Shown here: positions 53,075 to 62,086 of the stretch, in pieces
Layout of the letters: every line of letters starts with the position of its first letter
Position numbering within the stretch: the stretch's first letter is position 1
Source of the DNA: a bacterium
Lineage (GTDB): Bacteria > Hydrothermota > UBA3073 > JACQXS01 > JAGMCI01
Reading direction: 5' to 3'
Length of the DNA: 64,000 nucleotides
NCBI GenBank assembly: GCA_030018315.1
Contig: JASEGA010000005.1
Coordinates: 8,351-72,350 of the forward strand
Notes under the pieces: generated by a model
Told to the model about the DNA's origin: nothing
Databases searched by the model: none
Seen by the model: the letters and a program-made list of their open reading frames with translations, nothing else
Made by a program: the position numbers and the translations under genes

Positions 53075-54241
53075 ATGCAGACAAGGAAAGAATTTGAAGA
53101 ATTGGAAAGAAAAACACTCGCCCCTTATGCTATGAGGTCAGTTGAGACAAAGGGTAGAAAATATCATGAAGAAGAAGACCTATACAAGTCTTGTTATCAG
53201 AGGGATCGCGACCGTGTCATCCATTGTACTGCATTTCGTAGACTTGAGTATAAGACACAGGTATTTGTTAACCATGAAGGTGATTACTATCGGACAAGAC
53301 TTACTCATACAATTGAAGTGAACCAGATTGCACGCACAATTGCACGTGCCATGAGACTAAACGAAGACTTAGTTGATGCTATATCACTTGCTCATGATAT
53401 TGGACATACACCATTTGGACATGCAGGCGAGGAAGCATTAGCTGAGCTTATGAAAGATAGAGGCGGCTTTGAACATAATCGGCAGGGATTAAGAGTAGTA
53501 GATGAGCTTGAGGAGCGGTATCACGGCTTTTGTGGGCTTAATCTCACATTTGAAACAAGAGAAGGAATAGTTAAGCACTCTACTGTATATGATATACCAA
53601 ACCTTGATGGTCTTCCTGAATTCCTGCCACCATCAGCACCGACACTTGAAGCTCAGGTGATAAATGTAGCAGATGAAATTGCGTATAACTCACATGACCT
53701 TGATGACGGCTTAAAGGCAGGCTATATTACTCTTGACCAATTAAAGCAGGTTACTCTATGGGATGAGCTATACTCCAAAATAAAGGAAGATTTTAAAGAG
53801 GTGAGACCTCAAGATGAGACACTATTGATTCATAAAACAATAAGAGCTCTTATAAATAGACAGGTTACAGATATGATTAACTATACAGATAGTAAAATAA
53901 AGGAACTTGGAATAAAATCAGTTGATGATGTAAGAAAACATAAACTGATAGTTAAGTTAAGTCCAAATGAGATGAGGCTACAGCGTGAGCTTAAAGATTT
54001 TCTTTTTAATAATCTCTATCTTCATTATAAAGTGGTCAAGATGAAGAACAAAGCAAGAAGGTATGTAGAAGCCCTTTTTAAGTTATATATTGATGATTTA
54101 AGACAACTTCCACCTGATTTTACTGCCCATCTTAAGCATACTGATAAATATCAAGTAGTCTGTGATTATATAGCAGGTATGACCGACCGCTATGTTCAGG
54201 ACGAGTATGAGCGTCTATTTATGCCATATACTAAGATGTAA
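53075..54241 (+). CDS. dgt: dGTP triphosphohydrolase-like HD-domain protein
   Basis: Motifs RDRDRVIHC.AFRRL..KTQV, LAHDIGHTPFGH and DLDD. Confidence 0.85.
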   Translation: MQTRKEFEELERKTLAPYAMRSVETKGRKYHEEEDLYKSCYQRDRDRVIHCTAFRRLEYKTQVFVNHEGDYYRTRLTHTIEVNQIARTIARAMRLNEDLVDAISLAHDIGHTPFGHAGEEALAELMKDRGGFEHNRQGLRVVDELEERYHGFCGLNLTFETREGIVKHSTVYDIPNLDGLPEFLPPSAPTLEAQVINVADEIAYNSHDLDDGLKAGYITLDQLKQVTLWDELYSKIKEDFKEVRPQDETLLIHKTIRALINRQVTDMINYTDSKIKELGIKSVDDVRKHKLIVKLSPNEMRLQRELKDFLFNNLYLHYKVVKMKNKARRYVEALFKLYIDDLRQLPPDFTAHLKHTDKYQVVCDYIAGMTDRYVQDEYERLFMPYTKM

Positions 54242-54309
54242 GATAGGGGGATAAGTATGTTGATAATATTGTTCGGAGTCTTGTTACCTGTTCTTTTCAT
54301 TCTTTTCTC

Positions 54310-54624
54310 ATGATATATTTTAGAAGAACGGAGACGCGACCAGACCTTGTAAGGCCCTCTAAATTAGTTACAACTGGCCCATATAGTACTGTAAGGCATC
54401 CTCAATATGCAGCAGGTATAATTTTTATCATTGGCTGGTTTTTAATTTGGGGTGGAATTTATAGCCTTTATGTGATGCCAATATTGATTATCTCCATATT
54501 GTTCCAAGCTCTTGTTGAAGAGAAATATATCTTAGAAAAGGAATTTGGAGATGGATACATAGAATATAAGAAAAAAGTAGGGATGTTTTTCCCAAAAAGG
54601 AGGTATCATGAAAAGGTTATATAG
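54310..54624 (+). pseudogene. C-terminal part of an ICMT/PEMT-family membrane methyltransferase (N-terminus missing or split)
   Basis: LVTTGPYSTVRHPQYAAGII...EEKYILEKEFGDGYIEYKKKV. It is only 104 aa. A separate 18-codon TM mini-ORF (54257-54313, MLIILFGVLLPVLFILFS*) lies just upstream in another frame. Confidence 0.5.
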
Positions 54625-55525
54625 CAAATTTTGTTTTCTTTTGATATTTTTAACTTCTATTTCTCTTGCAGATAGGGGGATGATTTCAATTACAAGACCT
54701 GATATCTCAATATATGAGCCGGGTCAAAAAGCAATTATTGGGTGGGATGGTAATAATGAAGTTATGATACTTGCAGTAGATGCGCGTGCAGATACTGAGT
54801 GTAAGGTGCTTGAAATACTGCCTCTACCGTCAAAGCCTACAGTAGACGAGGGTAATTTTAAGTCGTTTGAAGAAATACAGCGTCTGATAAGGAAAAATGC
54901 ACCCAGAATTGAAGCCCTCTACAAAGGAAGGGAACTGTTAGCACCCGGAGTTGAAATACTATTTCATAAGAAAATTGGACCCCATAACATTACTTGTGTC
55001 AAAGCTCTGGAATACCGCGAATTTGTGAATTGGATACTTAACTTTGTAAAGAGTCAAGGCGTAGATACTATTTCTATGCCTCACGAGCTCCTATATATTA
55101 TCAACAACTACTTAAGAAATGGCATACAGCACTTTGTTTTTGATATTGTAGAACTTAGCAAAGAGACAAATAGTATAGTGCCTCTTATTTACAAGTTTAA
55201 ATCTCCTTACTTATTCTTCCCATTACATATTTCAACTCTTGCAAAAGGGGACACGAGGATACAGGTATTCCTTGTTACTAAACATATTCCATGGCCGACA
55301 GCAGTTGAGCCATTTAGGATTGGTAAATACAGAGCTTACGGACCAAAAAGAGAGGGTGACATTATTTTCAAGGTCACAAAAGATGAGCTGAAGTCAATAG
55401 AACCTGCACTTGCAAAACTTATAAGGAACGATGCATGGCTTACAGCAATTGAATTTGAAGGCAATATAAGTGAACTCACAACTGACCTAAAGCTTAATAA
55501 GTTTTGTAAAATAATAGAAGAATGA
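54608..55525 (+). CDS. secreted hypothetical protein (possibly DUF2330-like)
   Basis: Signal peptide MKRLYSKFCFLLIFLTSISLA. The family assignment is weak, resting on the pattern Q.AIIGWDG..E.MIL......D......LPLPS.P.V. Confidence 0.3.
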   Translation: MKRLYSKFCFLLIFLTSISLADRGMISITRPDISIYEPGQKAIIGWDGNNEVMILAVDARADTECKVLEILPLPSKPTVDEGNFKSFEEIQRLIRKNAPRIEALYKGRELLAPGVEILFHKKIGPHNITCVKALEYREFVNWILNFVKSQGVDTISMPHELLYIINNYLRNGIQHFVFDIVELSKETNSIVPLIYKFKSPYLFFPLHISTLAKGDTRIQVFLVTKHIPWPTAVEPFRIGKYRAYGPKREGDIIFKVTKDELKSIEPALAKLIRNDAWLTAIEFEGNISELTTDLKLNKFCKIIEE

Positions 55526-55563
55526 AAATAAATGACGAAATCCCAATGACTAATGACGAATAT
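55520..55563. repeat. ATGACGAA-type oligo-repeat tract
   Basis: gaatgaaaataaatgacgaaatcccaatgactaatgacgaata. Confidence 0.6.
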
Positions 55564-55578
55564 TTTGATATTTGCATT

Positions 55579-55612
55579 CCTGCCCGCCGGTAGGCAGGTT
55601 AATTTTTAATTT
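55579..55612 (+). terminator. intrinsic terminator
   Basis: CCTGCC-cgccggta-GGCAGG followed by ttaatttttaatttta. Confidence 0.6.
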
Positions 55613-55630
55613 TATTTAAGGAGGTGTGCT

Positions 55631-57835
55631 ATGTTAAACATAATTTTATCCACTATTTTGTTCGCATCAGTTGGCTTTGAGGGTAGTTCTGTAAGCACTG
55701 CGAGGAGAGCAGGTTCTATATTTATTAATCCCGGTGGACTTGGAATAAATATGGGATACGAGTCAATATATGAGTTTAATGATGGTTGGCATAATGTTGG
55801 ATTATGTATAGGGAATGTAGGATTGGGAGTTAAATTAAAGGATGGAATGAGACCTAATTTTGTGACTGTGACGGGGTCTAAGATTAGGGAATCAGTTTGG
55901 CTTGGATATGGGTATAAATTTGGAGCTTCCAAAGGAGGTGCGACCTCAAGCTATGAACTTGGAGCTATATATAGACCAAAAAAATTTGTCTCATTCGGCC
56001 TACGGACATCACTTGAAACTAAACCAGAACTAAGAGTAGGCACAGGACTTAGACCATGGACTGATAAAGTTACGGTGTTTTTGGATGCCATATACAAGAA
56101 TTCACTTAAAAATTATCTGTATGGGATTGGGATTGAGCCAATTGATGGGATTATACTATCTTTTAAAGGAAATGAAGAAGGTGAAATAAAAATTGGTTTA
56201 GAAATATTGCTTGAAAAAGTAAAAATTGGGGGTAGCTCATACCGTGTCATGCTGAACGAAGTGAAGCATCTCAAAAGTGATGCATTTGTGCTCCTTTCAC
56301 GTGATAAATATCCGAGTTTTAAGCGTCCAGCAAAGAAGTTGGTTGAGCTTACTATCAAGGGGTCTTATCCTGAAATGAAGGAAACTGCTAAGTATTTAGG
56401 ACTCCAAACTACGAGGGAGCCCGCCTTTTATAATCTTCTACACAACATTGAATTACTCAGAAATAGGGAAGATGTAAATGGGCTACTTATCAACTTTGAG
56501 CCACATTCACTAAGTATAGCACAAGCTGAGGAGCTACGAGCTGAGCTAATTGAATTTAAGAAGGCTGGCAAAAAGATTATTACATTCTCAAATGAGTATG
56601 GACTTAGGAGCTACTATTTAGCTTCAACTGCAGATTATATTATCCTTACACCACTTGGAGATGTGATGATTCCAGGGCTTATGGCAATGAGGGTGTATAT
56701 AAAGGGAACACTTGATAAACTTGGTATTGAAACTGATATTGAGAGGGTAGGAAAATATAAATCTGCATCTGAAATATTTGAAAGAAAGGATATGTCAGCT
56801 GAAGATAGGGAGCAAGTTGAGTCATATCTTGACGATATATGGAACCCTATGATTACGGAGATTGCAGAGAGTAGACAAATGGAAGTAGCTAAATTTGATG
56901 ACCTTATAAATAAAGGTGTGTATTTTAATTCTGACGATGCACTTGATTCAGGGCTTGTAGATACACTTGCTTACAAGTGGGAAGTTGATGATGTAATTAA
57001 AGGGGTTATGGGTAAAAAGCTAAAAAAGGAGTCAATTGATAAATTCTTGGCTAAGAAAGAAGTCCCAAGAACTTGGAAAGAAGAGAAACAAAAAATTGCC
57101 ATCCTAATGGCTGAAGGTTTAATAGTGACTGGTGAGAGTGGATACAACCTTACACCAATAATAGGCGGTAAGTATATGGGCTCAGAGACTATAACTGACA
57201 TGCTTAACAAAATAAGAGATGACAAGTCTATAAAGGCACTGGTATTTAGAGTAAATTCAGGTGGTGGAATTGCTTTGGCATCTGAGATAATAGCACGGGC
57301 ACTGAAGAGGGTATCTGAAAAGAAGCCTGTCATCGTGTCAATGAGTGGAGTTGCAGGCTCTGGTGGTTATTATATCTCATGTCTTGGTGATAAAATTGTT
57401 GCTGATAGGTTTACTCTCACTGGCTCAATAGGGGGGCTTGGTATAAACCTTGTCATGAAAGGGCTTTATGACAAGCTTGGGCTATCATGGGATACGGTTA
57501 AGATGGGTGAACATGCAGATTACTTATCTGGCCTGAGACATCTTACTAAAGAGGAGCGTGAAAAATTTAGACACGATGTTGAGTGGTATTATGAGAAGTT
57601 TGTAAGTCGTGTCTCAGAAGGGAGAAGACTCACGACTATGCAGGTAGATTCAATTGGACAGGGCAGAATATGGAGTGGCATAAGGGCAAAGGAAATTGGA
57701 CTTGTAGATGAGATTGGTGGCTTACTTAAAGCAATTGAAATTGCCAAAAAGCAGGCTGGAATAAAAGAAGCTGACCTCATGATTTTCCCAAAACCTGAGA
57801 AAAAATTCTCACTTAAACTCAGCCCAAGATTTTAG
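55631..57835 (+). CDS. sppA: signal peptide peptidase SppA (67K type, two S49 domains) with about 200-aa N-terminal beta-barrel-like extension
   Basis: AAGGAGG SD. S49 blocks are VGKYKSASE (Lys domain) and SMSGVAGSGGYYISC (Ser domain). The N-terminus STARRAGSIFINPGGLG plus alternating beta strands resembles the PorV/PorQ-type start. Confidence 0.8.
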   Translation: MLNIILSTILFASVGFEGSSVSTARRAGSIFINPGGLGINMGYESIYEFNDGWHNVGLCIGNVGLGVKLKDGMRPNFVTVTGSKIRESVWLGYGYKFGASKGGATSSYELGAIYRPKKFVSFGLRTSLETKPELRVGTGLRPWTDKVTVFLDAIYKNSLKNYLYGIGIEPIDGIILSFKGNEEGEIKIGLEILLEKVKIGGSSYRVMLNEVKHLKSDAFVLLSRDKYPSFKRPAKKLVELTIKGSYPEMKETAKYLGLQTTREPAFYNLLHNIELLRNREDVNGLLINFEPHSLSIAQAEELRAELIEFKKAGKKIITFSNEYGLRSYYLASTADYIILTPLGDVMIPGLMAMRVYIKGTLDKLGIETDIERVGKYKSASEIFERKDMSAEDREQVESYLDDIWNPMITEIAESRQMEVAKFDDLINKGVYFNSDDALDSGLVDTLAYKWEVDDVIKGVMGKKLKKESIDKFLAKKEVPRTWKEEKQKIAILMAEGLIVTGESGYNLTPIIGGKYMGSETITDMLNKIRDDKSIKALVFRVNSGGGIALASEIIARALKRVSEKKPVIVSMSGVAGSGGYYISCLGDKIVADRFTLTGSIGGLGINLVMKGLYDKLGLSWDTVKMGEHADYLSGLRHLTKEEREKFRHDVEWYYEKFVSRVSEGRRLTTMQVDSIGQGRIWSGIRAKEIGLVDEIGGLLKAIEIAKKQAGIKEADLMIFPKPEKKFSLKLSPRF

Positions 57836-57845
57836 TATTTTTCAT

Positions 57846-58613
57846 GTGAGGTGTGCCATATTTAGGTTAATTGTTAAAGGTGTGATAACTGCTGTGATTG
57901 TGTTACCTTTATGTAGCCTTGCTTCTTTTGAGGCTATAGATTGTGAGCAGGAAAGTGTATTTGAGAATCCAGTATTGAGTATTAAACCTGGGCTTCAGTC
58001 CATATGGGTACAGGCTTTTGGAATCCTTCCTTATACAAGAGTCAGTTATTCTGCTCGACGCCTTGGAGTCGGGGTTTCAAACTTTGGTAATAATGATTAT
58101 AGGGAGAATGAAATTCTATTAGGCTATAGTATAATGAAAGCTAATACAGTGTTCGGTATATCGGCTCGTGCAATGAACTTATGGATAAATGGTTATGGGT
58201 CAGATTTTGCACTCGGAATTGATATTGGGACAAATTTTCAGGTTACACATTCTACAAATTTTTATCTCACTCTATCAAATATCAATTTACCAAAAATCTC
58301 AGGTGAAGAAATCCCAAGCAGGGTTATGGGCAACTTTGTTATAAACCCCAGTCCTGACTTCAAGCTTACTGTCTCATTATACAAAGAATCGTGGTATCCA
58401 ACAGAAGTTAGACTAAGTAATGAGATTAAACTATCAGCTCTTCTCAGTCTTATGGTAGGGTTAAAGAGCTATCCACAATCATTTAGTTTTGGTATTTTAC
58501 TTTATCCTGGCAGGTTTGACATCTCATACAATGCAAGAACACATCCAACACTTGGGCTTACACATATATTTGGACTAAATATGAAAACAGACATTTTGTA
58601 TGAGGGATTGTAG
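57846..58613 (+). CDS. putative outer-membrane beta-barrel protein
   Basis: Signal-like N-terminus and alternating hydrophobic beta-strand pattern throughout. The start codon is uncertain (GTG 57846 or GTG 57882). The stop TAG lies inside palindrome copy 3. Confidence 0.4.
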   Translation: MRCAIFRLIVKGVITAVIVLPLCSLASFEAIDCEQESVFENPVLSIKPGLQSIWVQAFGILPYTRVSYSARRLGVGVSNFGNNDYRENEILLGYSIMKANTVFGISARAMNLWINGYGSDFALGIDIGTNFQVTHSTNFYLTLSNINLPKISGEEIPSRVMGNFVINPSPDFKLTVSLYKESWYPTEVRLSNEIKLSALLSLMVGLKSYPQSFSFGILLYPGRFDISYNARTHPTLGLTHIFGLNMKTDILYEGL

Positions 58614-58637
58614 GGGTTTGATTAATCAAACCCTTAT
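58610..58637. repeat. 28-bp GTAG...CTAC palindrome, copy 3 (3' arm degenerate)
   Basis: gtaggggtttgattaatcaaacccttat. The track ORF 58600.. reads it as RGLINQTL. Confidence 0.75.
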
Positions 58638-58647
58638 AGGTTCCAAT

Positions 58648-59289
58648 ATGGATTTAATTAAATTAATATTTATATTAAGTTTACAATTTACACAAGAGGA
58701 GCTTGTATACTTGGCAAGTTTTGGCTTCATAGATGCAGGTGAAATAAAGCTTGACCTAAAGAGAGACTCTTTAAATTATATAAGGTGTGAACAAGAGACA
58801 AAGGGACTCTTTTCTCTTGTTTACAGGGTTAAAGACTGGTATGAGTCTACTTCGGATAGTAATTTTGTTACCAAAAGATTTGAAAAAAGTGTAAGAGAGG
58901 GTCCCTATAGTGCATACCAACTTGTTAGTTTTAAAAATGGTTATGCCACATATCAGGATGGTGATTCAGTGTCTACAATTCAGAATGCTAAGGATATAAT
59001 AAGTATCATATATTGGTTGAGGCTACAGGAGCTCATCCCGGGGGATACACTCATAGTCCCTCTGCACACGGATAAGTGGAATTATGAAATCAAGGTTTGT
59101 GTTGAAAGTGATACTTTAGATGGGAAGCCCTGTATTCTTGTAATACCGGACCTTCATGGGATAAGAGCTTTTGGGACACAGAGTGGGCTTATGCTTTATT
59201 ACAATGAATTAAAAATACCGGTGCTACTCAAGATTAAGTTCGCATGGGGGTATATACAGGCTAGACTTACACACAGAGAATGGAGATGA
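58648..59289 (+). CDS. hypothetical protein (possibly DUF3108-like)
   Basis: I prefer the ATG at 58648 (MDLIKLIF...) because the upstream part of the track ORF is the palindromic repeat. The family call is weak. Confidence 0.3.
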   Translation: MDLIKLIFILSLQFTQEELVYLASFGFIDAGEIKLDLKRDSLNYIRCEQETKGLFSLVYRVKDWYESTSDSNFVTKRFEKSVREGPYSAYQLVSFKNGYATYQDGDSVSTIQNAKDIISIIYWLRLQELIPGDTLIVPLHTDKWNYEIKVCVESDTLDGKPCILVIPDLHGIRAFGTQSGLMLYYNELKIPVLLKIKFAWGYIQARLTHREWR

Positions 59290-59294
59290 GATAT

Positions 59295-59309
59295 ATCTGT
59301 TTAAATCAA
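59295..59309. repeat. 15-bp inverted-repeat arm upstream of manC
   Basis: atctgtttaaatcaa is the exact reverse complement of 60344-60358. Confidence 0.7.
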
Positions 59310-59314
59310 TAAAT

Positions 59315-60340
59315 ATGGTTTATGGAGTAATTCTTGCTGGAGGACGAGGGGAGCGGTTTTGGCCTGAGTCAAGGAGGAAGCATCCTAAACAGCTACTCCC
59401 AATTGTGTCTTCTCAACCAATGTTACTCGAAACTGTAGATAGGATACTCCCACTCATCCCAATTGATAGAATTATTATAGTTGCTGGCAAAGAACTAAAG
59501 TCATCTATTAAGAAACTACTTCCTAATGCGTGTTTACTATTAGAGCCATTTGGTAGGAATACTGGCTGTGCCATTGGGTATGCCACTATTAACCTCAATC
59601 CGGCTGATATAATGGTTGTACTTCCAGCAGACCATTACATCCCGGACCGGGGCAAGTTTTTGCAAGCACTGGATGTAGCAATCAAATTTGCTAAAAAAGG
59701 ATGGCTCACAACATTTGGGATTGTGCCTACACGTGCAGAAACTGGGTATGGTTATATAGAAATAGGAAATAAGATAGATATAAATGTATATGAGGCAAAA
59801 GGATTTAAGGAGAAACCAAATCAAAAACAAGCTCAAAGTTTTGTCCGTGAGAAGCGATTTCTTTGGAATTCAGGTATGTTTATATGGACTCAAAAGAATA
59901 TACTCAATGCTTTTCGTACCCATATGCCTGAGTTATACCAGGATCTATTAAATTTTAGAGCCAAAAAGATTTCGCTTCTTACTCTTTATAGGAGAGCCTC
60001 AAATATATCTATAGATTACGGAGTAATGGAGAAGGCAACAAATGTGGCTGTCGTGAGATCAAACTTTATTTGGGATGATATTGGGTCGTGGCTTGCACTT
60101 GAGCGGCTTTACAAGGCAGACAAGTACGGGAATATAAAGGCCGGCCTCCATAAAGGGCTGGGGACAAGGAACTGTATCGTTGTCTCAGATAAAGGGGCTA
60201 TTGCTACTATTGGTATATCTAATCTTATTATTGTTAAGAGTAAGGATGCAGTCTTTGTGTGCGACAAGCATAGAGTAGGAGATATTAAAGAACTTGTACG
60301 TGAACTATCGCAAGACAAAAAGTTTACAAAGTATCTGTAA
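59315..60340 (+). CDS. manC: mannose-1-phosphate guanylyltransferase
   Basis: LAGGRGERFWP, LPADHYI and the nucleotidyltransferase fold, 341 aa. Confidence 0.8.
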   Translation: MVYGVILAGGRGERFWPESRRKHPKQLLPIVSSQPMLLETVDRILPLIPIDRIIIVAGKELKSSIKKLLPNACLLLEPFGRNTGCAIGYATINLNPADIMVVLPADHYIPDRGKFLQALDVAIKFAKKGWLTTFGIVPTRAETGYGYIEIGNKIDINVYEAKGFKEKPNQKQAQSFVREKRFLWNSGMFIWTQKNILNAFRTHMPELYQDLLNFRAKKISLLTLYRRASNISIDYGVMEKATNVAVVRSNFIWDDIGSWLALERLYKADKYGNIKAGLHKGLGTRNCIVVSDKGAIATIGISNLIIVKSKDAVFVCDKHRVGDIKELVRELSQDKKFTKYL

Positions 60341-60343
60341 TCG

Positions 60344-60358
60344 TTGATTTAAACAGAT
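60344..60358. repeat. 15-bp inverted-repeat arm downstream of manC
   Basis: ttgatttaaacagat. A partial third copy, ttgatttaaac, is at 53022-53032. Confidence 0.7.
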
Positions 60359-60401
60359 AGTAGAAATAATTAGCTTTCATTTTATCAGTCTACATCAATG
60401 A

Positions 60402-61556
60402 TTATTTGCGGAAATTTATGCTTATTTGTGTATAAGCTGGAACTTTACATTTTACAGTTTGACTCTCTAATTCTTGATTAGCTTCAGATGGCTGTGGGTA
60501 ACAGTACACTCTGCCTAAGTAGTTTCTAAATATAACCTTCTCTTTACTTACTTTTATCAGATTATTTGGCGTTATAGCTACTTTACCACCGCCCCCAGGG
60601 CTATCAATAACAAAGTGAGGGACAGCCAGCCCAGAAGTGTAACCAGCTAAATTTTTCATTATTTTCAAGCCCTCCTCCACTCTTGTACGGAAGTGTTTTG
60701 TTCCTAATGTTAGGTCAGCCTGATAGATATAATATGGCTTTACCCTTATAGTTAGTAGTTTAAGCATCAATTGCTTAATAGTAGATGAGTCGTCATTAAC
60801 TCCTCTTAAGAGCACAGTTTGGTTACCGAGAGGTATTCCTGCATCAGCTAATGTTATACATGCTTTACTGGACTCAGTTGTTATCTCGTCTGGATGATTG
60901 AAATGTGTATTAATATAGAGTGGATGATACTTCTTTAGCATATTGACAAGTGTATTAGTTATCCGTGAAGGTAAAGTTACTGGCACACGTGTTCCTATCC
61001 TTATTATCTCAACATGCTGAATTTGGCGAAGTGGTTGCAATATTCTTTCAAGCTTTTCGTCTGTCAAAAGTAGTGGGTCACCTCCTGACAGGATAACATC
61101 TCTCACGCTTTTGTGGTCTTGAATATATCGTAACCCATCCTGTATGCTATCTTCGTTAATAATTGATGGTCGTCCTATTCTACGTTTCCTTGTACAGAAC
61201 CTGCAATATATAGCACACTGATTAGACACAATGAATAGCACTCTGTCAGGATAGCGGTGGACAAGGTTTCTGACTGGGCTATCTCTTTCTTCATTTAATG
61301 GGTCTATTACACCTTCAGTATCTAAAAGTTCTAATGGGTCTGGTATAGCTTGTTTCCAAAGTGGGTCTCCCGGATTACGAATGAGTGATAGATAATACCG
61401 GGTGATTCGCATTGGATACTTTTTAACTACATCTTCAATTAGGTCAAAATCGTAGTCTTCAAACATTCTTTCCCGTAAAACGGGATTAGAAAAGTAGCCT
61501 TTGAGGTCGGTAACGCTTCTCACACTCTTCTTTAACTCTTCTTGCCATGTCTCCAT
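60402..61556 (-). CDS. kamA: lysine-2,3-aminomutase-family radical SAM / PLP enzyme
   Basis: CAIYCRFCTRKR (CxxxCxxC) and SPGGGGK (PLP lysine). Asp is retained in ADLTLG and VIDSPGG. 384 aa. Confidence 0.85.
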   Translation of the reverse strand: METWQEELKKSVRSVTDLKGYFSNPVLRERMFEDYDFDLIEDVVKKYPMRITRYYLSLIRNPGDPLWKQAIPDPLELLDTEGVIDPLNEERDSPVRNLVHRYPDRVLFIVSNQCAIYCRFCTRKRRIGRPSIINEDSIQDGLRYIQDHKSVRDVILSGGDPLLLTDEKLERILQPLRQIQHVEIIRIGTRVPVTLPSRITNTLVNMLKKYHPLYINTHFNHPDEITTESSKACITLADAGIPLGNQTVLLRGVNDDSSTIKQLMLKLLTIRVKPYYIYQADLTLGTKHFRTRVEEGLKIMKNLAGYTSGLAVPHFVIDSPGGGGKVAITPNNLIKVSKEKVIFRNYLGRVYCYPQPSEANQELESQTVKCKVPAYTQISINFRK

Positions 61557-61583
61557 ATTAATGCAGGTCTCCTTGGTCCCTGT

Positions 61584-61609
61584 CCCCGCCCCTATGCATA
61601 GGTGCGGGG
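61584..61609 (-). promoter_or_regulatory. GC-rich hairpin spanning the GNAT stop codon, upstream of the kamA SD
   Basis: ccccgcccctatgcataggtgcgggg has about 10-bp arms with one mismatch. This is exceptional GC content for this window. Confidence 0.55.
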
Positions 61610-62086
61610 TATATCTTTCATATAAATAAGTTTATCATCACCTACTTTATAGAAATCCGGTATTTTTGCTATTAATTTGTATCCCTTTTTAGTGTAGAAC
61701 TGGCGTGCCTTTTCATAGTCATCTTTTGAAGATGTCTCAATAAAAATCTTGCGTCCCCCTCTTATTTTTATATCTTCCTCCAGCTCCTTAAGCAAGCGTG
61801 AACCAAATCCTCGATATTGGCTATCTTTACGTACTACTATCCAGTAAATATCAAAGACACCATCAGTTAGTGGTGTTCGTCCATAGCAAGCATAGCCTTC
61901 CAATCTGCCACTATCGTCAGTAGCAATCTTAAATAGATATTCAACCTCCTCTTCCTTATGTTGACTTAATCCATATGATACAAGTTCAAGTGCGCATCTG
62001 ATTTCTTCATCTGTAAAAAGACCTGTTTCTTCTACCAAAGTCTTTATATCTTGGTAATCAGACGGCAATAACTCTCTTATCTTCAT
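61592..62086 (-). CDS. GNAT family N-acetyltransferase
   Basis: MKIRELLPSDYQDI... and the acetyl-CoA motif Q/RxxGxG/A-like YRGFGSRLL. A GGAGG SD sits 6 nt upstream of the ATG at 62086. It overlaps the upstream gene by 29 nt. Confidence 0.75.
   Translation of the reverse strand: MKIRELLPSDYQDIKTLVEETGLFTDEEIRCALELVSYGLSQHKEEEVEYLFKIATDDSGRLEGYACYGRTPLTDGVFDIYWIVVRKDSQYRGFGSRLLKELEEDIKIRGGRKIFIETSSKDDYEKARQFYTKKGYKLIAKIPDFYKVGDDKLIYMKDIPRTYA

Noticed and set aside
60402-61556. The KamA-type radical SAM gene as the missing AmmeMemoRadiSam radical SAM partner
   Set aside because: It has the PLP-lysine GGGGK motif and the KamA-type CxxxCxxC context. It sits 9 kb away in a different operon, and it belongs to the aminomutase family rather than the AmmeMemoRadiSam-associated family.
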